A stretch of DNA of 64,000 nucleotides, taken from contig JBGARZ010000019.1 in the NCBI GenBank assembly GCA_044229975.1, positions 111,225 to 175,224 of the forward strand, read 5' to 3'. The notes beneath the pieces were generated by a model. It was not told the DNA's origin. It made no database searches and worked only from the letters and a program-made list of their open reading frames with translations. Position numbers and translations under genes: made by a program. Within the stretch, counting starts at the first letter, position 1, and every line of letters begins with the position of its first letter. This DNA comes from Polyangiales bacterium. GTDB taxonomy: Bacteria > Myxococcota_A > Polyangia > Polyangiales > Ga0077539. Shown in pieces: positions 16,890 to 26,913 of this stretch.

Positions 16890-19000
16890 GGCACCAGCGA
16901 CTCCTCGTGAACCCGCAGCCACGTGGTCTCCGACGCGACCGCCAGCCCGCCGCGGACGCGCGCTCCCGGGCGGTCGACGCGCGCCACCAGCCCGGCGCCC
17001 GCGGCGAAGCGCCACCGGTCGCTGCGCCCGGGCACGGCCGCGCTCGCAAGAACAGCCTCCCAGGTGTCGTCATTGGTCGGTCGACCGAACCATCGGTCGA
17101 GTCGCGCGCCGACGTCGGCCGGGACGATCGCGGGGAGGGGCACACGCGCGCGCGCCTCGGCGCTTCCCCACAGCGGGAGCGAGGTGAGGCCCGCTTCGAC
17201 GAAGCGCGCCGCGAGCGGGCGAGGCAGCGGTCGTCCTTCCTGCGCGCGGCGATCGCGACCCGGCGCGATGTACGCGAAGGTCCAGGCAGAGCCGGAGGTC
17301 GCGTCGACCAGGATCACCTCGCGCAGCGGCCACGGCAGACCGTTGTGCAGCGCGAGGGAGCCGGAGTCCTCGCGGCGCAGGGTGACGGCGCCGCGCAGGT
17401 CGTCGGGCCCGTCTTCGCGGACGATGACGGGTGTCCACGGGAGCAGACCGACGCCCTCGACGCTGGACACCTCCGTCCCGACGAAGCGGGTGATGGGCCC
17501 GCGGCCGGCGGTCGGGTCGACCGCGACGACGCGCTCCGGGTGGTCGATCGCGAGGGAGGCCACGCGCCGACGATCGCCGACGATCGCGTGGAATCGACGG
17601 CCCGACGCGCGGGAGAACCCGGAGGCGACGTCGAGCACCGCGAGCGTGCGGGTGTGCGAGAGCACCGCGCGGTGCAGCGCGGCCTCGCGAGCGAGAACCG
17701 CCCATGCGAGCGCGGCCAGCGCACCCTGGAGCGGGACGACGAGGCGCGACCGACGCGCGCGACACAGCGCCCACGGAAGGACGAGCAGCGCCGAGGCGAG
17801 GACGGCCACCACGGTCCACGCGCGGACGAGACCGCGCCCCGAGCGGCGGGGAGCGGTGAGGTAGCGCCGCACGGCGTCGGGGACGGGCAGCGTCTCGGGC
17901 ACCGGCGTGACGAGGCTCCCGGTGGCGTCGAGGCGGGCGCGTGCGGCGATGCGTAGCACCGTGCGCGCGGACCATGGGTCTTCCAGCGAGCTGGTCTGCG
18001 CGGGGTCCCACGAGAGCAGGTGGACGAGGCCGTTGCCGTAGCGCGCCGACGAGCCGAGCAGCTCCGGGAGGATGCCGTCGCGCTCGGAGGCGAGCCACTG
18101 GGGACGGAGGTGCCCGTCGCCCCACGAGCGTGCGCCCGCCAGCGCTGCCGGGAGCGAGGTCATGACCGCGGCGTGCGTCGACGGGGCCCACGGGTAGAAC
18201 TGCTCTGCGTCGGGCGCTCGCACGAGCGGCGGGAGGGGACGCGCCGTGACCCCGTCACCGACCAGCGCACTCAGCGTCGCGTGGCGCAGATCGTTGGGGG
18301 ACCGTACGACCACCGCGAGCGCCCCGCCGTCGGCGATGTAGCCCGCGAGGCTGTTGCGCTCGGCGGGGCCCAGGGCGTTGAGCGAGGTGCTGTCGATGAG
18401 CACCATCGCGACGCCCCGGTAGCCCGCGGCGAGGCGCGGGAGACGCGGGAGATCCGACCCGCCCGGACGATCCACGCCGCAGGTCACCCCCGTGAACACG
18501 GCGGGACTGTCCGCGGCGCCGTCTCGGAACCCCGTAAGATCCAGAATGCTCCCTTCCCCGGAGTGCTGCGCGTTGGCGAAGCGGTGCCCCGGCGTCGCGT
18601 CGAGGAGCAGGGACGACTCGCCGCCGCGCAACGCCAGCGTGGTCGTCGCCAGCGTCCGGCCGTCGTCGCCCACCAGCCGGAAGGTCATCTCGCCTCCCGC
18701 CAGCACCGTCGGCGTGTCGACGGAGACGGAGACGTCCGAGCGCGCGCCGACGTTCACGGTCCACGCGTGGCGGGTGCGGGGCCGATCGGCCCGCGGCATC
18801 GTCGCGTCGACGATGAGGGAGCCGCGCACCGCGCGCGACCCCGTGTTGTCGATGCGCACCCGCACCTCGCCGCTTCCTTCGCGCGGCAGGCACGTCTCTC
18901 CGAAGAGCGGACGCACCTCCAGCGTGACCCCCGCCCAGGCGGCCCGGGTGAGCGTCAGCGCGCCGCACGCCGCGACCAACGCTCCCCCGCGAACCCTCAC
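16886..19000 (-). CDS. Exported/membrane hypothetical protein of MoxR-vWA operon (Ig-like + GATase-like + TM)
   Basis: Signal peptide ..AAWAG; YRGVAMVLID..LAGYIADGGALAV GATase-like block; two internal TMs; stop/start overlaps on both sides. Confidence 0.65.
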   Translation of the reverse strand: MRVRGGALVAACGALTLTRAAWAGVTLEVRPLFGETCLPREGSGEVRVRIDNTGSRAVRGSLIVDATMPRADRPRTRHAWTVNVGARSDVSVSVDTPTVLAGGEMTFRLVGDDGRTLATTTLALRGGESSLLLDATPGHRFANAQHSGEGSILDLTGFRDGAADSPAVFTGVTCGVDRPGGSDLPRLPRLAAGYRGVAMVLIDSTSLNALGPAERNSLAGYIADGGALAVVVRSPNDLRHATLSALVGDGVTARPLPPLVRAPDAEQFYPWAPSTHAAVMTSLPAALAGARSWGDGHLRPQWLASERDGILPELLGSSARYGNGLVHLLSWDPAQTSSLEDPWSARTVLRIAARARLDATGSLVTPVPETLPVPDAVRRYLTAPRRSGRGLVRAWTVVAVLASALLVLPWALCRARRSRLVVPLQGALAALAWAVLAREAALHRAVLSHTRTLAVLDVASGFSRASGRRFHAIVGDRRRVASLAIDHPERVVAVDPTAGRGPITRFVGTEVSSVEGVGLLPWTPVIVREDGPDDLRGAVTLRREDSGSLALHNGLPWPLREVILVDATSGSAWTFAYIAPGRDRRAQEGRPLPRPLAARFVEAGLTSLPLWGSAEARARVPLPAIVPADVGARLDRWFGRPTNDDTWEAVLASAAVPGRSDRWRFAAGAGLVARVDRPGARVRGGLAVASETTWLRVHEESLVP

Positions 19001-20037
19001 CGCCCGCGCTCCTTCAGCGCCCGCTCGACCGCCTCGGGGTGCGAGGGGACGGCATCGAGGAGCCCCTGCACCACCGCGTCCGTCGACACGTTGTCGGCCT
19101 GCCCTTCGTACGAGCGAAGCAGTCGGTGACGCAGCGCCGCTGGCGCGATGGCGGCGACGTCGGCGAAGCCCACCTGCGCGCGGCCGTCCATCAGCGCGAG
19201 CGCTCGCCCGCCCAGCACCAGCGCCTGCGCCCCCCGGACGCCTGCTCCGTAGCGCACCGCGCGCTTCACCAGCGGCGGCGCGTCGGGGGACGCCGGGTTG
19301 CTCGCGCGCACCAGCCGCGCCGCGTAGCGAGCCACCACCTCGGAGACGGCGATGTCCCGGCAGAGCGCCTGGAGCCCCTGCAACGTCGCGGCGTCGAGCA
19401 CCCGCGGAACCGTCGGCGTCAGCGCTCCGGTGGTGCGGGTGAGCACCGCGACGAGCTCGTCCTCGGCGGGCTCATGCACCAGCACCTTGAGGAGAAAGCG
19501 GTCGAGCTGTGCCTCGGGGAGGGGATAGGTCCCCTCCATCTCGATGGGGTTTTCAGTGGCGAGGACGAAGAACGGCGGGCCCAGCGGGTGGCGCTCCCCG
19601 GCGAGGGTCACCGCGTGCTCCTGCATCGCCTCCAGCAGCGCGCTCTGGGTGCGCGGCGAGGCACGGTTGATCTCGTCGGCCAGCAACACCTGACAGAAGA
19701 TCGGGCCGCGGTGCAGCGCGAAGCCCCGCGCACCATCGGTCCCGAGGGTGAGCACCTGCGCGCCAAGGATGTCCGCGGGAAGCAGATCGGGCGTGAACTG
19801 GATGCGCCCGAAGGCCAGCGTCACGCTGTCGGCGAGCGCGCGCACGAGCGACGTCTTGCCCACGCCCGGCGCGCCTTCGAGCAGGACGTGGCCGCCCGCG
19901 AGCATCGCGACGAGCACATGGTCGACGACCGTACGCTGCCCGACGATCACCTCGCCGATCGCCTCGCGCAGCCGCGTGAGGGAGGTGGCCGCCTCGCGGA
20001 GGCGCTCTCCCAATGGACTCGTGGACTCGTCGCTCAA
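18997..20037 (-). CDS. moxR: MoxR-family AAA+ ATPase
   Basis: GHVLLEGAPGVGKT, RIQFTPDLLPADI, LLADEINRASPRTQSALLEAMQE, ATENPIEMEGTYPLPEAQLDRF. Confidence 0.95.
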   Translation of the reverse strand: MSDESTSPLGERLREAATSLTRLREAIGEVIVGQRTVVDHVLVAMLAGGHVLLEGAPGVGKTSLVRALADSVTLAFGRIQFTPDLLPADILGAQVLTLGTDGARGFALHRGPIFCQVLLADEINRASPRTQSALLEAMQEHAVTLAGERHPLGPPFFVLATENPIEMEGTYPLPEAQLDRFLLKVLVHEPAEDELVAVLTRTTGALTPTVPRVLDAATLQGLQALCRDIAVSEVVARYAARLVRASNPASPDAPPLVKRAVRYGAGVRGAQALVLGGRALALMDGRAQVGFADVAAIAPAALRHRLLRSYEGQADNVSTDAVVQGLLDAVPSHPEAVERALKERGR

Positions 20038-20058
20038 CGCTCGTCGCTCCGTTCGCGC

Positions 20059-21840
20059 TCAACGCGGTTGGAAGTAGGTCCTCACCTGCGAACGGTACTC
20101 CGCGGGGATGTCCGATCGATCGACGCCCCGCAGCGCCTCCGCCGCGGCGCCCTCCAGCGCGCCCGAGCGCATCGTCCGCGCGACGCCACCCGCGCTGCCG
20201 TTGATGCGCTGCACCGACGCGGCCCCCGTGCCGCCGCCGCGCACCACTGCCCGCGTCCGCGCTCGCAGCCCCTCGTGCCCATCGATCGCCGCCGTGGAGC
20301 CGTCGTGCTCGCCCGCCCCGCCGCCGCGTCCGCCGCCTTCTCCGCCCTGCTGGCCGCGCCCGTGGCCGTCCTGCCCGCCGAGCTGCGCCGTCGCCCGCCC
20401 CGCTGCGTCCTCCGCGCCGCCGAGGCCCCGCTGCATCGCCCGCACCCCACCGCCCGGCATCGGCACCGGGACGCCGCCACCCGCCGCGCCTTCGCCCTCG
20501 TCGTCACCCGCCTGCGCGAGCTCACGCAACCGGCGCGCGAGCTGCTCGGCCGTCATCGGCTGTTCGCTCCGCGCCTGCCCTTCTCCCTGGTTCGCTGGGT
20601 CGCCCGCCCGCGACGCCGATTGGGGGCGCGCCAGGGCCTGTCGCATGCGCTCGGCGACGCGCTCTCGCTCCTGTGCGGTGAGCATCGCGAGGGCTCGCTC
20701 CATCACCTCGGCGAGGTCGCGCGCGCTCTCGTCCGAAGGCAGCCGTTCGAGGTGCTCGGCCGCCCGTCGCACCGCTTCGTTCTGTCCGAGCTGCGTGGCG
20801 AGCGCGCGCAGGAGCTGGTTGCGGTCGGCCCTCCGGTGCAGGAGCTCTTCCTCCTGGTGGAGCGCGTCGGCGAGGTCGTTGGCGCCCGCGCCCTGCGCCG
20901 CATCCGCCGCCTCGGAGAGGGCAGCCCGCGCCCTCTCGCGGTCGGCCGACTCGCGCGCGTTGGCGAGCCGCTCCATGGCGCGATCGAGGGCCTCCAGGTC
21001 GTGCGCCTCCAGCGCCTGTGCGGCCCCCGCAAAGCCCACTCGCGCGAGCACCCCGGCCGCCCGCTCGACGCCGCGCTCGCCGTCGCCCCGCCACATCCGT
21101 TCGCGCTCCGCCGCCACCGTCGCGCGCAGCCGCTCGGCCGCGGTCATCGCCTCGCGCCGATCGATGCCCGTCGCCAGTTGCTCCCGCAGCCGCCTCGCCT
21201 CCGCCGAGATCGCCTCCAGCCGCGCCTGCCTCGCGTCGTCGCGCGTCGGCAGCCTTCCCACCGCCTCGACCGCCGACCACCCCGCGGGCGCCTCCATCTG
21301 CACGCGCTCGCTCTCGGTCTCCATCGGCGCCACCCGCGACGCCGCGGGTGTCGTCCGCGGCGCAAGCGCCAGCGCGACGGTCGCCACCAGCATGCCCGCC
21401 GGGACGAGCTGCCAGCGCGACGCGACCCTCCGCAGCGACCCCTTGCCCAGCGCTCTCATGGCGAGCACCGCCTCCCGTCGCAGGTGCTCTCCTACCTCCG
21501 TGGGTAGACCGTCCCCCGCTTCCAGCGCCGTGGTGATCACCTCCGCGCTACCACCCTTCGCGTCGAGGTACAGCGCCACTGCGGCGTCGTCCCAGCGCCG
21601 CCACCATGCGAGCCCCGCTCCGACCGCCCCTCCCATCGGAACCACCATCGCCCCGAGCACGATCGCCCCGCCGTGTCCCGTCGCCCACGCGACCGTGGCA
21701 CCCGCGACCACGGCGAGCGCTCCCACCGATGCACCGCGCAGTCCCCAGCTCAGGGCGTGGCGACGATGAACGGCCGCCCGCCACCGCGCGAACGCGGCGC
21801 GAAACGTGATGTCGCTGTCGGGGCGGGCCGTCTGGAACAT
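20059..21840 (-). CDS. Membrane-anchored coiled-coil protein (MoxR operon lead gene)
   Basis: ATG 21840; N-terminal TMs, long Ala/Glu/Arg helical region, Gly-rich stretch, C-terminal IPAEYRSQVRTYF motif. Confidence 0.7.
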   Translation of the reverse strand: MFQTARPDSDITFRAAFARWRAAVHRRHALSWGLRGASVGALAVVAGATVAWATGHGGAIVLGAMVVPMGGAVGAGLAWWRRWDDAAVALYLDAKGGSAEVITTALEAGDGLPTEVGEHLRREAVLAMRALGKGSLRRVASRWQLVPAGMLVATVALALAPRTTPAASRVAPMETESERVQMEAPAGWSAVEAVGRLPTRDDARQARLEAISAEARRLREQLATGIDRREAMTAAERLRATVAAERERMWRGDGERGVERAAGVLARVGFAGAAQALEAHDLEALDRAMERLANARESADRERARAALSEAADAAQGAGANDLADALHQEEELLHRRADRNQLLRALATQLGQNEAVRRAAEHLERLPSDESARDLAEVMERALAMLTAQERERVAERMRQALARPQSASRAGDPANQGEGQARSEQPMTAEQLARRLRELAQAGDDEGEGAAGGGVPVPMPGGGVRAMQRGLGGAEDAAGRATAQLGGQDGHGRGQQGGEGGGRGGGAGEHDGSTAAIDGHEGLRARTRAVVRGGGTGAASVQRINGSAGGVARTMRSGALEGAAAEALRGVDRSDIPAEYRSQVRTYFQPR

Positions 21841-21914
21841 CGTGCACTGTGACGCGCGGTGACCCCCGGGAGGTTCCCGCAACGGCTCACGGTTGCACAG
21901 GGCGTGCGCGGCGA

Positions 21915-23444
21915 TCAGTTCGGTCGGCGGGCGGCGCCGGGGACGACGCCGACGATGTGCACCTCGACGCGGCGGTTGGTGGCGCGACCCTCGGGCGTGC
22001 CGTTGTCGGCGATGGGTCGGTCGGGGCCGAAGCCATGGGCCTCGACGCGGTCGACGAGGATGCCGTGGTCGATGAGGTACATCCGCACGGCGCGGGCGCG
22101 GCGCTGCGACAGGTCGACGTTGACGTCCCGGTCGCCCACCGCGTCGGTGTAGCCCTGGATGTCGATGCGGGTGATCTCCGCGTGCGCGCGCAGCACGGCC
22201 ACCAGGGCGTCGAGGATCTCGAAGCTGCGCCGCCCGATGATGCGATCGCTCCCGGTGACGAAGTTCACCGGGTTGCCCTGGAGCTCGATCATCCCGGAGC
22301 GGATCTCCACCATCGGCGCGACGGCCGTCTCGGGGCAGCCGTCGTCGTCGGTGACGTTGTTGAAGGTCTCGGCCGCGTCGGGGCACTGGTCGTGCGAGTC
22401 GACGTACCCGTCGCCGTCGCGGTCGCCCTCGGGGCAGCCCGCGCGCGTGCTGTCGGGCGCGGGCCCCGGCGGAAACTCGGGGCAGGCGTCGAGGTGATCG
22501 GGGACGCCGTCCTGATCGCCGTCGGGCGCAGGACATCCCGCGCGAATCGGGTCGGCCGTGGCGCCTTGCGGGGTCTCCACGCACAGGTCGCGGTCGTCGG
22601 TCACGGAGTCGCCGTCGCGGTCGCGCATCGGGCACCCGCGGCGGTGCTCGTCGGGGTGGTCGCCCGGCGGGGCCGTGGGGCAGAGGTCATCGCCGTTCAT
22701 CACCCCGTCGCGGTCGTCGTCGAGCACGGGGCAGCCGCGGCGCGCGTGATCGGCGTTGGGCCCGGCCGAGAGGTTGGGGCACTGATCGTCCACGTCGGCG
22801 ACGCCGTCCTCGTCGCGGTCGGCGGGGGTCTCGGCGTCGGCCTCGCGCGGCGTCGTATGAAACGACACCGACAGTCCGCCGCCGAGGTAGCGCGCGTCGT
22901 CGGGAAACATCTCGGGCTGCCCATCGTCGCGCGTGTCGGTCTGCACCGTCTGCGCGTAGCGAATCACCGGCCCGAGCGAAAACGCGTCCGACACCCTGAA
23001 CTCGAAGCCCGCCCCGACGTCGAGCTGCGGCGCCCGCGCGTCGCCCGTAAACGCGATACCCACGTTGGCGTCGAGGATGAGCCGACCCGCTGATCCGACG
23101 CGCGGCTCGACGCGGGCGCCCAGCATCGGCGCAAACACCCAGCCCGTCTCGCGCCCTTCGCCCGTCGGAAACACCCAGTTGGTGAGCGACGCCTGCAACG
23201 CGAACGCGTCGGCGAGCGACCACCCAACCCGCAGCGAGGCTTGCAGCGTCGGGCCAAAATCCTTGGCCTCACCGCTGTACGCGGTGACGTCGGCGTTGCG
23301 CTGAAACTCCGACAGCATCGCGCCCGCCCCCAGCTCCAGCCGCAGCGCGAAGCGGTCGCGCGTCTGGGCCGCCGCCGGGGTGGACGCGAGCGCGAGCACC
23401 GCCGCGCATCGCGCGATGTCCCGTCGGGTTCTGTGCCTCGCCAT
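21915..23444 (-). CDS. Outer-membrane protein: small beta-barrel + thrombospondin type-3 repeats + OmpA peptidoglycan-binding domain
   Basis: Signal peptide ..PAAAQ; alternating beta-strands ending GGGLSVSF; 5 DxDxDGVxDxxDxCP repeats; IQGYTD..NVDLSQRRA..GFGPDRPIADN..NRRVE. Confidence 0.9.
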   Translation of the reverse strand: MARHRTRRDIARCAAVLALASTPAAAQTRDRFALRLELGAGAMLSEFQRNADVTAYSGEAKDFGPTLQASLRVGWSLADAFALQASLTNWVFPTGEGRETGWVFAPMLGARVEPRVGSAGRLILDANVGIAFTGDARAPQLDVGAGFEFRVSDAFSLGPVIRYAQTVQTDTRDDGQPEMFPDDARYLGGGLSVSFHTTPREADAETPADRDEDGVADVDDQCPNLSAGPNADHARRGCPVLDDDRDGVMNGDDLCPTAPPGDHPDEHRRGCPMRDRDGDSVTDDRDLCVETPQGATADPIRAGCPAPDGDQDGVPDHLDACPEFPPGPAPDSTRAGCPEGDRDGDGYVDSHDQCPDAAETFNNVTDDDGCPETAVAPMVEIRSGMIELQGNPVNFVTGSDRIIGRRSFEILDALVAVLRAHAEITRIDIQGYTDAVGDRDVNVDLSQRRARAVRMYLIDHGILVDRVEAHGFGPDRPIADNGTPEGRATNRRVEVHIVGVVPGAARRPN

Positions 23445-23655
23445 GCCGAACCTCTCCATTGCCCCGCGTGGCCTCAGTGGGCGCAGGCGGATGCGCCGCG
23501 GATGATCCTCCAAGAGCGTTCGCCGTACCAACAATCATGAGGCGGCGCAGGTCAGGCCCCGGCGCGGCCCGAAACTAACCCCCTGTGCGTCGCGGTGCTT
23601 TAGCATCACAGGTGACTGGTCCCCGGGTCGCGTTATCGGAAGGTGGAGAGCGTCT

Positions 23656-26600
23656 GTGATGGTTTCGTCGTTGACGGCGCGGGGCATCGCCCTCGCGGGG
23701 CTCCTGGTGGTCACGATGTCCGGCGGCTGCGTTCGCTTCGGCGCCGCCGTGATCGGAGGCACCGGCTCCGACGCGGCCCCGACCACGGACGGCGCTCCGG
23801 TCGATGACCTCGCCGATGTCGTCGACGCGGGCTCACTCGACGCCGACGTCACCGCCATCGATGTGCCCGTCGCCGACCTCGTCGAGGTCGACGTCCCCGA
23901 CGTCGCGTCCGTCGACGCGGGCCCGCGCTGCCGACAAAACGACGACTGCACCGACCCCCTCCGCGCGCTCTGTGACGTCGCGACGGGCCGCTGCCTGGGC
24001 TGCCTCGCCTCACCCGACACCTGTCCCCTGGGGCGCTTCTGCGACGCCACGGAGACCTGTCAGCTCGGTTGCCGCGCCGACGGCGACTGCGCCATCCCGG
24101 GCGTCGCCGACGCGGGTCCGAGCCCCCGCCGCTGCGACCTCGTGCGCCACACCTGCGGCGACTGCCTCGTCAACTCCGACTGTCCCTCCGGCGCCACCTG
24201 CGTCGGCGGCGCGTGCGCGGCGGGCTGCGGGGCGGGGCGTTCGTGCGCGGCGGGTCAGACCTGCTGCGGCGACGCGTGCGTCGACATCACCACCAACGCC
24301 ACGCACTGCGGCGCGTGCGGCGAGCGCTGCGACCTCTTGCACAGCAACGCCGTCTGCCTCGGCGGCGAGTGCGCGGTGGGCACCTGCACGGGCAACTTCG
24401 GCGACTGCGATGGGCGCCCCGAAAACGGGTGCGAGACCCCGCTGCGGTCGGCCTCCCACTGCGGGGCGTGCGGCCGGTCGTGCGCGGTTCCGCCCAACGC
24501 GCTGCCGACCTGCGACGAGGTCTCGGGCACCTGCGGCTTCGTGTGCCTCACCGGCTACGCCGACTGCGACGGGCGCTCCGACAACGGGTGCGAAGCCGAG
24601 CTCTCCAACAGCGTCGACCACTGCGGCGCCTGCAACCGCGCGTGTCGACCGGCCAACGCCGTCGGGAGCTGCGCCGCGGGGAGCTGCGCGGTCGGGAGCT
24701 GCACCGGCGGTTACGCCAACTGCGACGGCCTCGCGAGCAACGGCTGCGAGGTCGACCCGCGCACCGATTCGTCCCACTGCGGCGCCTGCGCGACGGCCTG
24801 CACCGCGAGCCCCGGCGGCACCGCCTCCTGCGCCGCGGGCGTCTGTGAGCGTCGGTGCCGCGCGGGCTACGCGGACTGCGACGGCGTCGCGGGCAACGGC
24901 TGCGAGGTCGACACCACGAGCAGCCTCAACCACTGCGGCGCGTGCGGCGTGGCGTGCCGCGCGACCCACGGGACGGGCGTCTGCCGCGCGGGCGGTTGTG
25001 CGGTCGCGAGCTGCGACGCCGGCTACGGCGACTGCGACGGCGTCGCGAGCAACGGCTGCGAGGTCGACCTGAGTGGCGACGGCGCCCACTGCGGGACGTG
25101 CGCGATCTCGTGCACCGGCACCCAGGTCTGCGCGATGGGAACCTGCCGCACGGCCTGCATGCCGGGCCAGACCACCTGCGGCGCGAGCTGCGCCAACCTC
25201 GACACCGACGTGACCAACTGCGGCGCGTGCGGTCGTCGCTGCGGGTCGGGCCAGCTCTGCGTCGCCGGGGCGTGTCAGCTCGACTGCGCGTCGCTGGGGC
25301 AGTCGCTCTGCGGTGGGGCGTGCGTGCGGCTGACGAGCGACCCGTTCAACTGCGGCCGCTGCGACAACCGCTGCCCGTCGGGGGCCAGCGCCACGGCGGT
25401 GTGCGTGGCGAGCGCGTGCGCCCTCGTGTGCGCCGCGGGGACCGGCGACTGCGACGGCGCGGCGTCGACGGGATGTGAGGCGAGCCTGGCGAGTGACCTC
25501 CGCAACTGCGGGGCGTGCGGTCGCGCGTGTGCGACGGCCAACGCGTCGGCGGTGTGCACGAGCGGGCGCTGCGCCATCGCGCGCTGTGACGCTGGCTACG
25601 GCGACTGCGACGGCGACCCCGGGACGGGCTGCGAGACGTCGCTGCGGGCCGACGCGCGCAACTGCGGGGCGTGCGGCGTGGTGTGCGGCGGCGGGACGGT
25701 GTGCACCGACGGGACGTGCGTTCCGCGGCCTGGGACGACCGTGATCGCGGGCACGACGGTGATCAACACGGTGCGGGCGGTGGCGAGCGGCACCGCGGGC
25801 ACGACGACGTTGCGCCTCGGGGCGGGCGTCGGCGGCTTCGCGGTCGGGGCGCTGGTGATGGTGCATCAGACGCAGTCGCGGGCCGGGGACGCGGGTCGCT
25901 ACGAGCTGCGGCGCGTGACGGCCGTGGCGAGCGGGACGCTCACCCTCGATGCCGCGTTGAGCCGCGGGTACACGAGCGACGCGGCCGTCGGGGCGCACGC
26001 GCAGGTGGTGGCGGTGCAGTCGTACGTCGACCTCTTCGTGAGCAGCACCGGCGTGCTCACGGCCCCCGCCTGGAACGGCCTCCACGGCGGTCTCCTCGCC
26101 GTCGACGTGACGGGCGACGCGGTGATCGAGGGCCAGGTCAACATGGACGGCCGCGGGTTTCGCGGCACCACGCACCCGTGCTCGGCGGGCTTGTATCTGT
26201 GCATGGTGGGCGTTCAGGGCGAGTCGCCGCGGGGCGTCGGCGTGGCGTCGCGCGCGGCCAACAACGGCGGCGGCGGTGGTGGCGGATCGGGCGCCGACTG
26301 CGGCTCGGGCGGCGGCGGCGCGTACGGCGCGATCGGGGTCACCGGCTCCAACGGCGACTGCAACAACGAGTCGGGCGGCGGGCAGTGCGCGTCGGGGTGT
26401 CCCAACCCGGGCGGCGCCGGGGGAGGGGCCTACGGCGCGGCCGACCTCAGCACGGAGATGCACCTCGGGAGCGCGGGTGGTGAGGGGGGCGGCGACGAGG
26501 ACGGCGAGACGCCCGGCGGCGGCGGCAACGGCGGCGGCGCGGTGTGGTTTCGCGCGGCGCGCACGCTGGAGGTCAGCGGGTCGATCACCGCGGGCGGAAC

Positions 26601-26886
26601 GGCCGGCCTCGAAGGCAACCAGACCGGCTGCGGCCAGGGCGAGGGCTGCGGCATGGGCGGCGGCGGCGGCGGGTCGGGCGGCGCGGTGCGGCTCGCGGCG
26701 GCGACGCGGGTGACCCTCGGCGCCGATCGGGTGCGCGCGGCGGGCGGCGGCGGCGGGGTGTGTAGCTGCGGGCGCATCGACCGGCCCGAGCGGAGCTACC
26801 CCGGCGGTCGCGGAGGGGTTGGCCGCATCGGGGTCCTGTCGGCGCGCGTTGATGGATCGTCGACGCCCGCGCACGACCCAAGGTAG
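23656..26886 (+). CDS. Large Cys-rich repeat lipoprotein with C-terminal Gly-rich adhesin-like domain
   Basis: Lipobox-like MSGGC; DV/DAG linker; repeated HCGACG / DCDGxxxNGCE units; C-terminal domain with TAPAWNGLHGG, MDGRGFRG and GGGGG runs. Confidence 0.85.
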   Translation: MMVSSLTARGIALAGLLVVTMSGGCVRFGAAVIGGTGSDAAPTTDGAPVDDLADVVDAGSLDADVTAIDVPVADLVEVDVPDVASVDAGPRCRQNDDCTDPLRALCDVATGRCLGCLASPDTCPLGRFCDATETCQLGCRADGDCAIPGVADAGPSPRRCDLVRHTCGDCLVNSDCPSGATCVGGACAAGCGAGRSCAAGQTCCGDACVDITTNATHCGACGERCDLLHSNAVCLGGECAVGTCTGNFGDCDGRPENGCETPLRSASHCGACGRSCAVPPNALPTCDEVSGTCGFVCLTGYADCDGRSDNGCEAELSNSVDHCGACNRACRPANAVGSCAAGSCAVGSCTGGYANCDGLASNGCEVDPRTDSSHCGACATACTASPGGTASCAAGVCERRCRAGYADCDGVAGNGCEVDTTSSLNHCGACGVACRATHGTGVCRAGGCAVASCDAGYGDCDGVASNGCEVDLSGDGAHCGTCAISCTGTQVCAMGTCRTACMPGQTTCGASCANLDTDVTNCGACGRRCGSGQLCVAGACQLDCASLGQSLCGGACVRLTSDPFNCGRCDNRCPSGASATAVCVASACALVCAAGTGDCDGAASTGCEASLASDLRNCGACGRACATANASAVCTSGRCAIARCDAGYGDCDGDPGTGCETSLRADARNCGACGVVCGGGTVCTDGTCVPRPGTTVIAGTTVINTVRAVASGTAGTTTLRLGAGVGGFAVGALVMVHQTQSRAGDAGRYELRRVTAVASGTLTLDAALSRGYTSDAAVGAHAQVVAVQSYVDLFVSSTGVLTAPAWNGLHGGLLAVDVTGDAVIEGQVNMDGRGFRGTTHPCSAGLYLCMVGVQGESPRGVGVASRAANNGGGGGGGSGADCGSGGGGAYGAIGVTGSNGDCNNESGGGQCASGCPNPGGAGGGAYGAADLSTEMHLGSAGGEGGGDEDGETPGGGGNGGGAVWFRAARTLEVSGSITAGGTAGLEGNQTGCGQGEGCGMGGGGGGSGGAVRLAAATRVTLGADRVRAAGGGGGVCSCGRIDRPERSYPGGRGGVGRIGVLSARVDGSSTPAHDPR

Positions 26887-26913
26887 AACCCCCCACGGCT
26901 ATCGGGTTGGAAG

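Noticed and set aside
9429..21840. MoxR-vWA ternary conflict (VMAP-type) system
   Set aside because: The partners are DUF58/BatA/membrane vWA and ABC genes typical of MoxR-proper operons; no effector or peptidase fusions were seen.
24290..25720. DNA repeats such as GCGAGCAACGGCTGCGAGGTCGAC
   Set aside because: They simply encode the Cys-rich protein repeats.
21915..26886. Assigning the symbols traA/traB or agmC
   Set aside because: Orientation, anchoring and domain order differ from the canonical genes; only an analogy is supportable.
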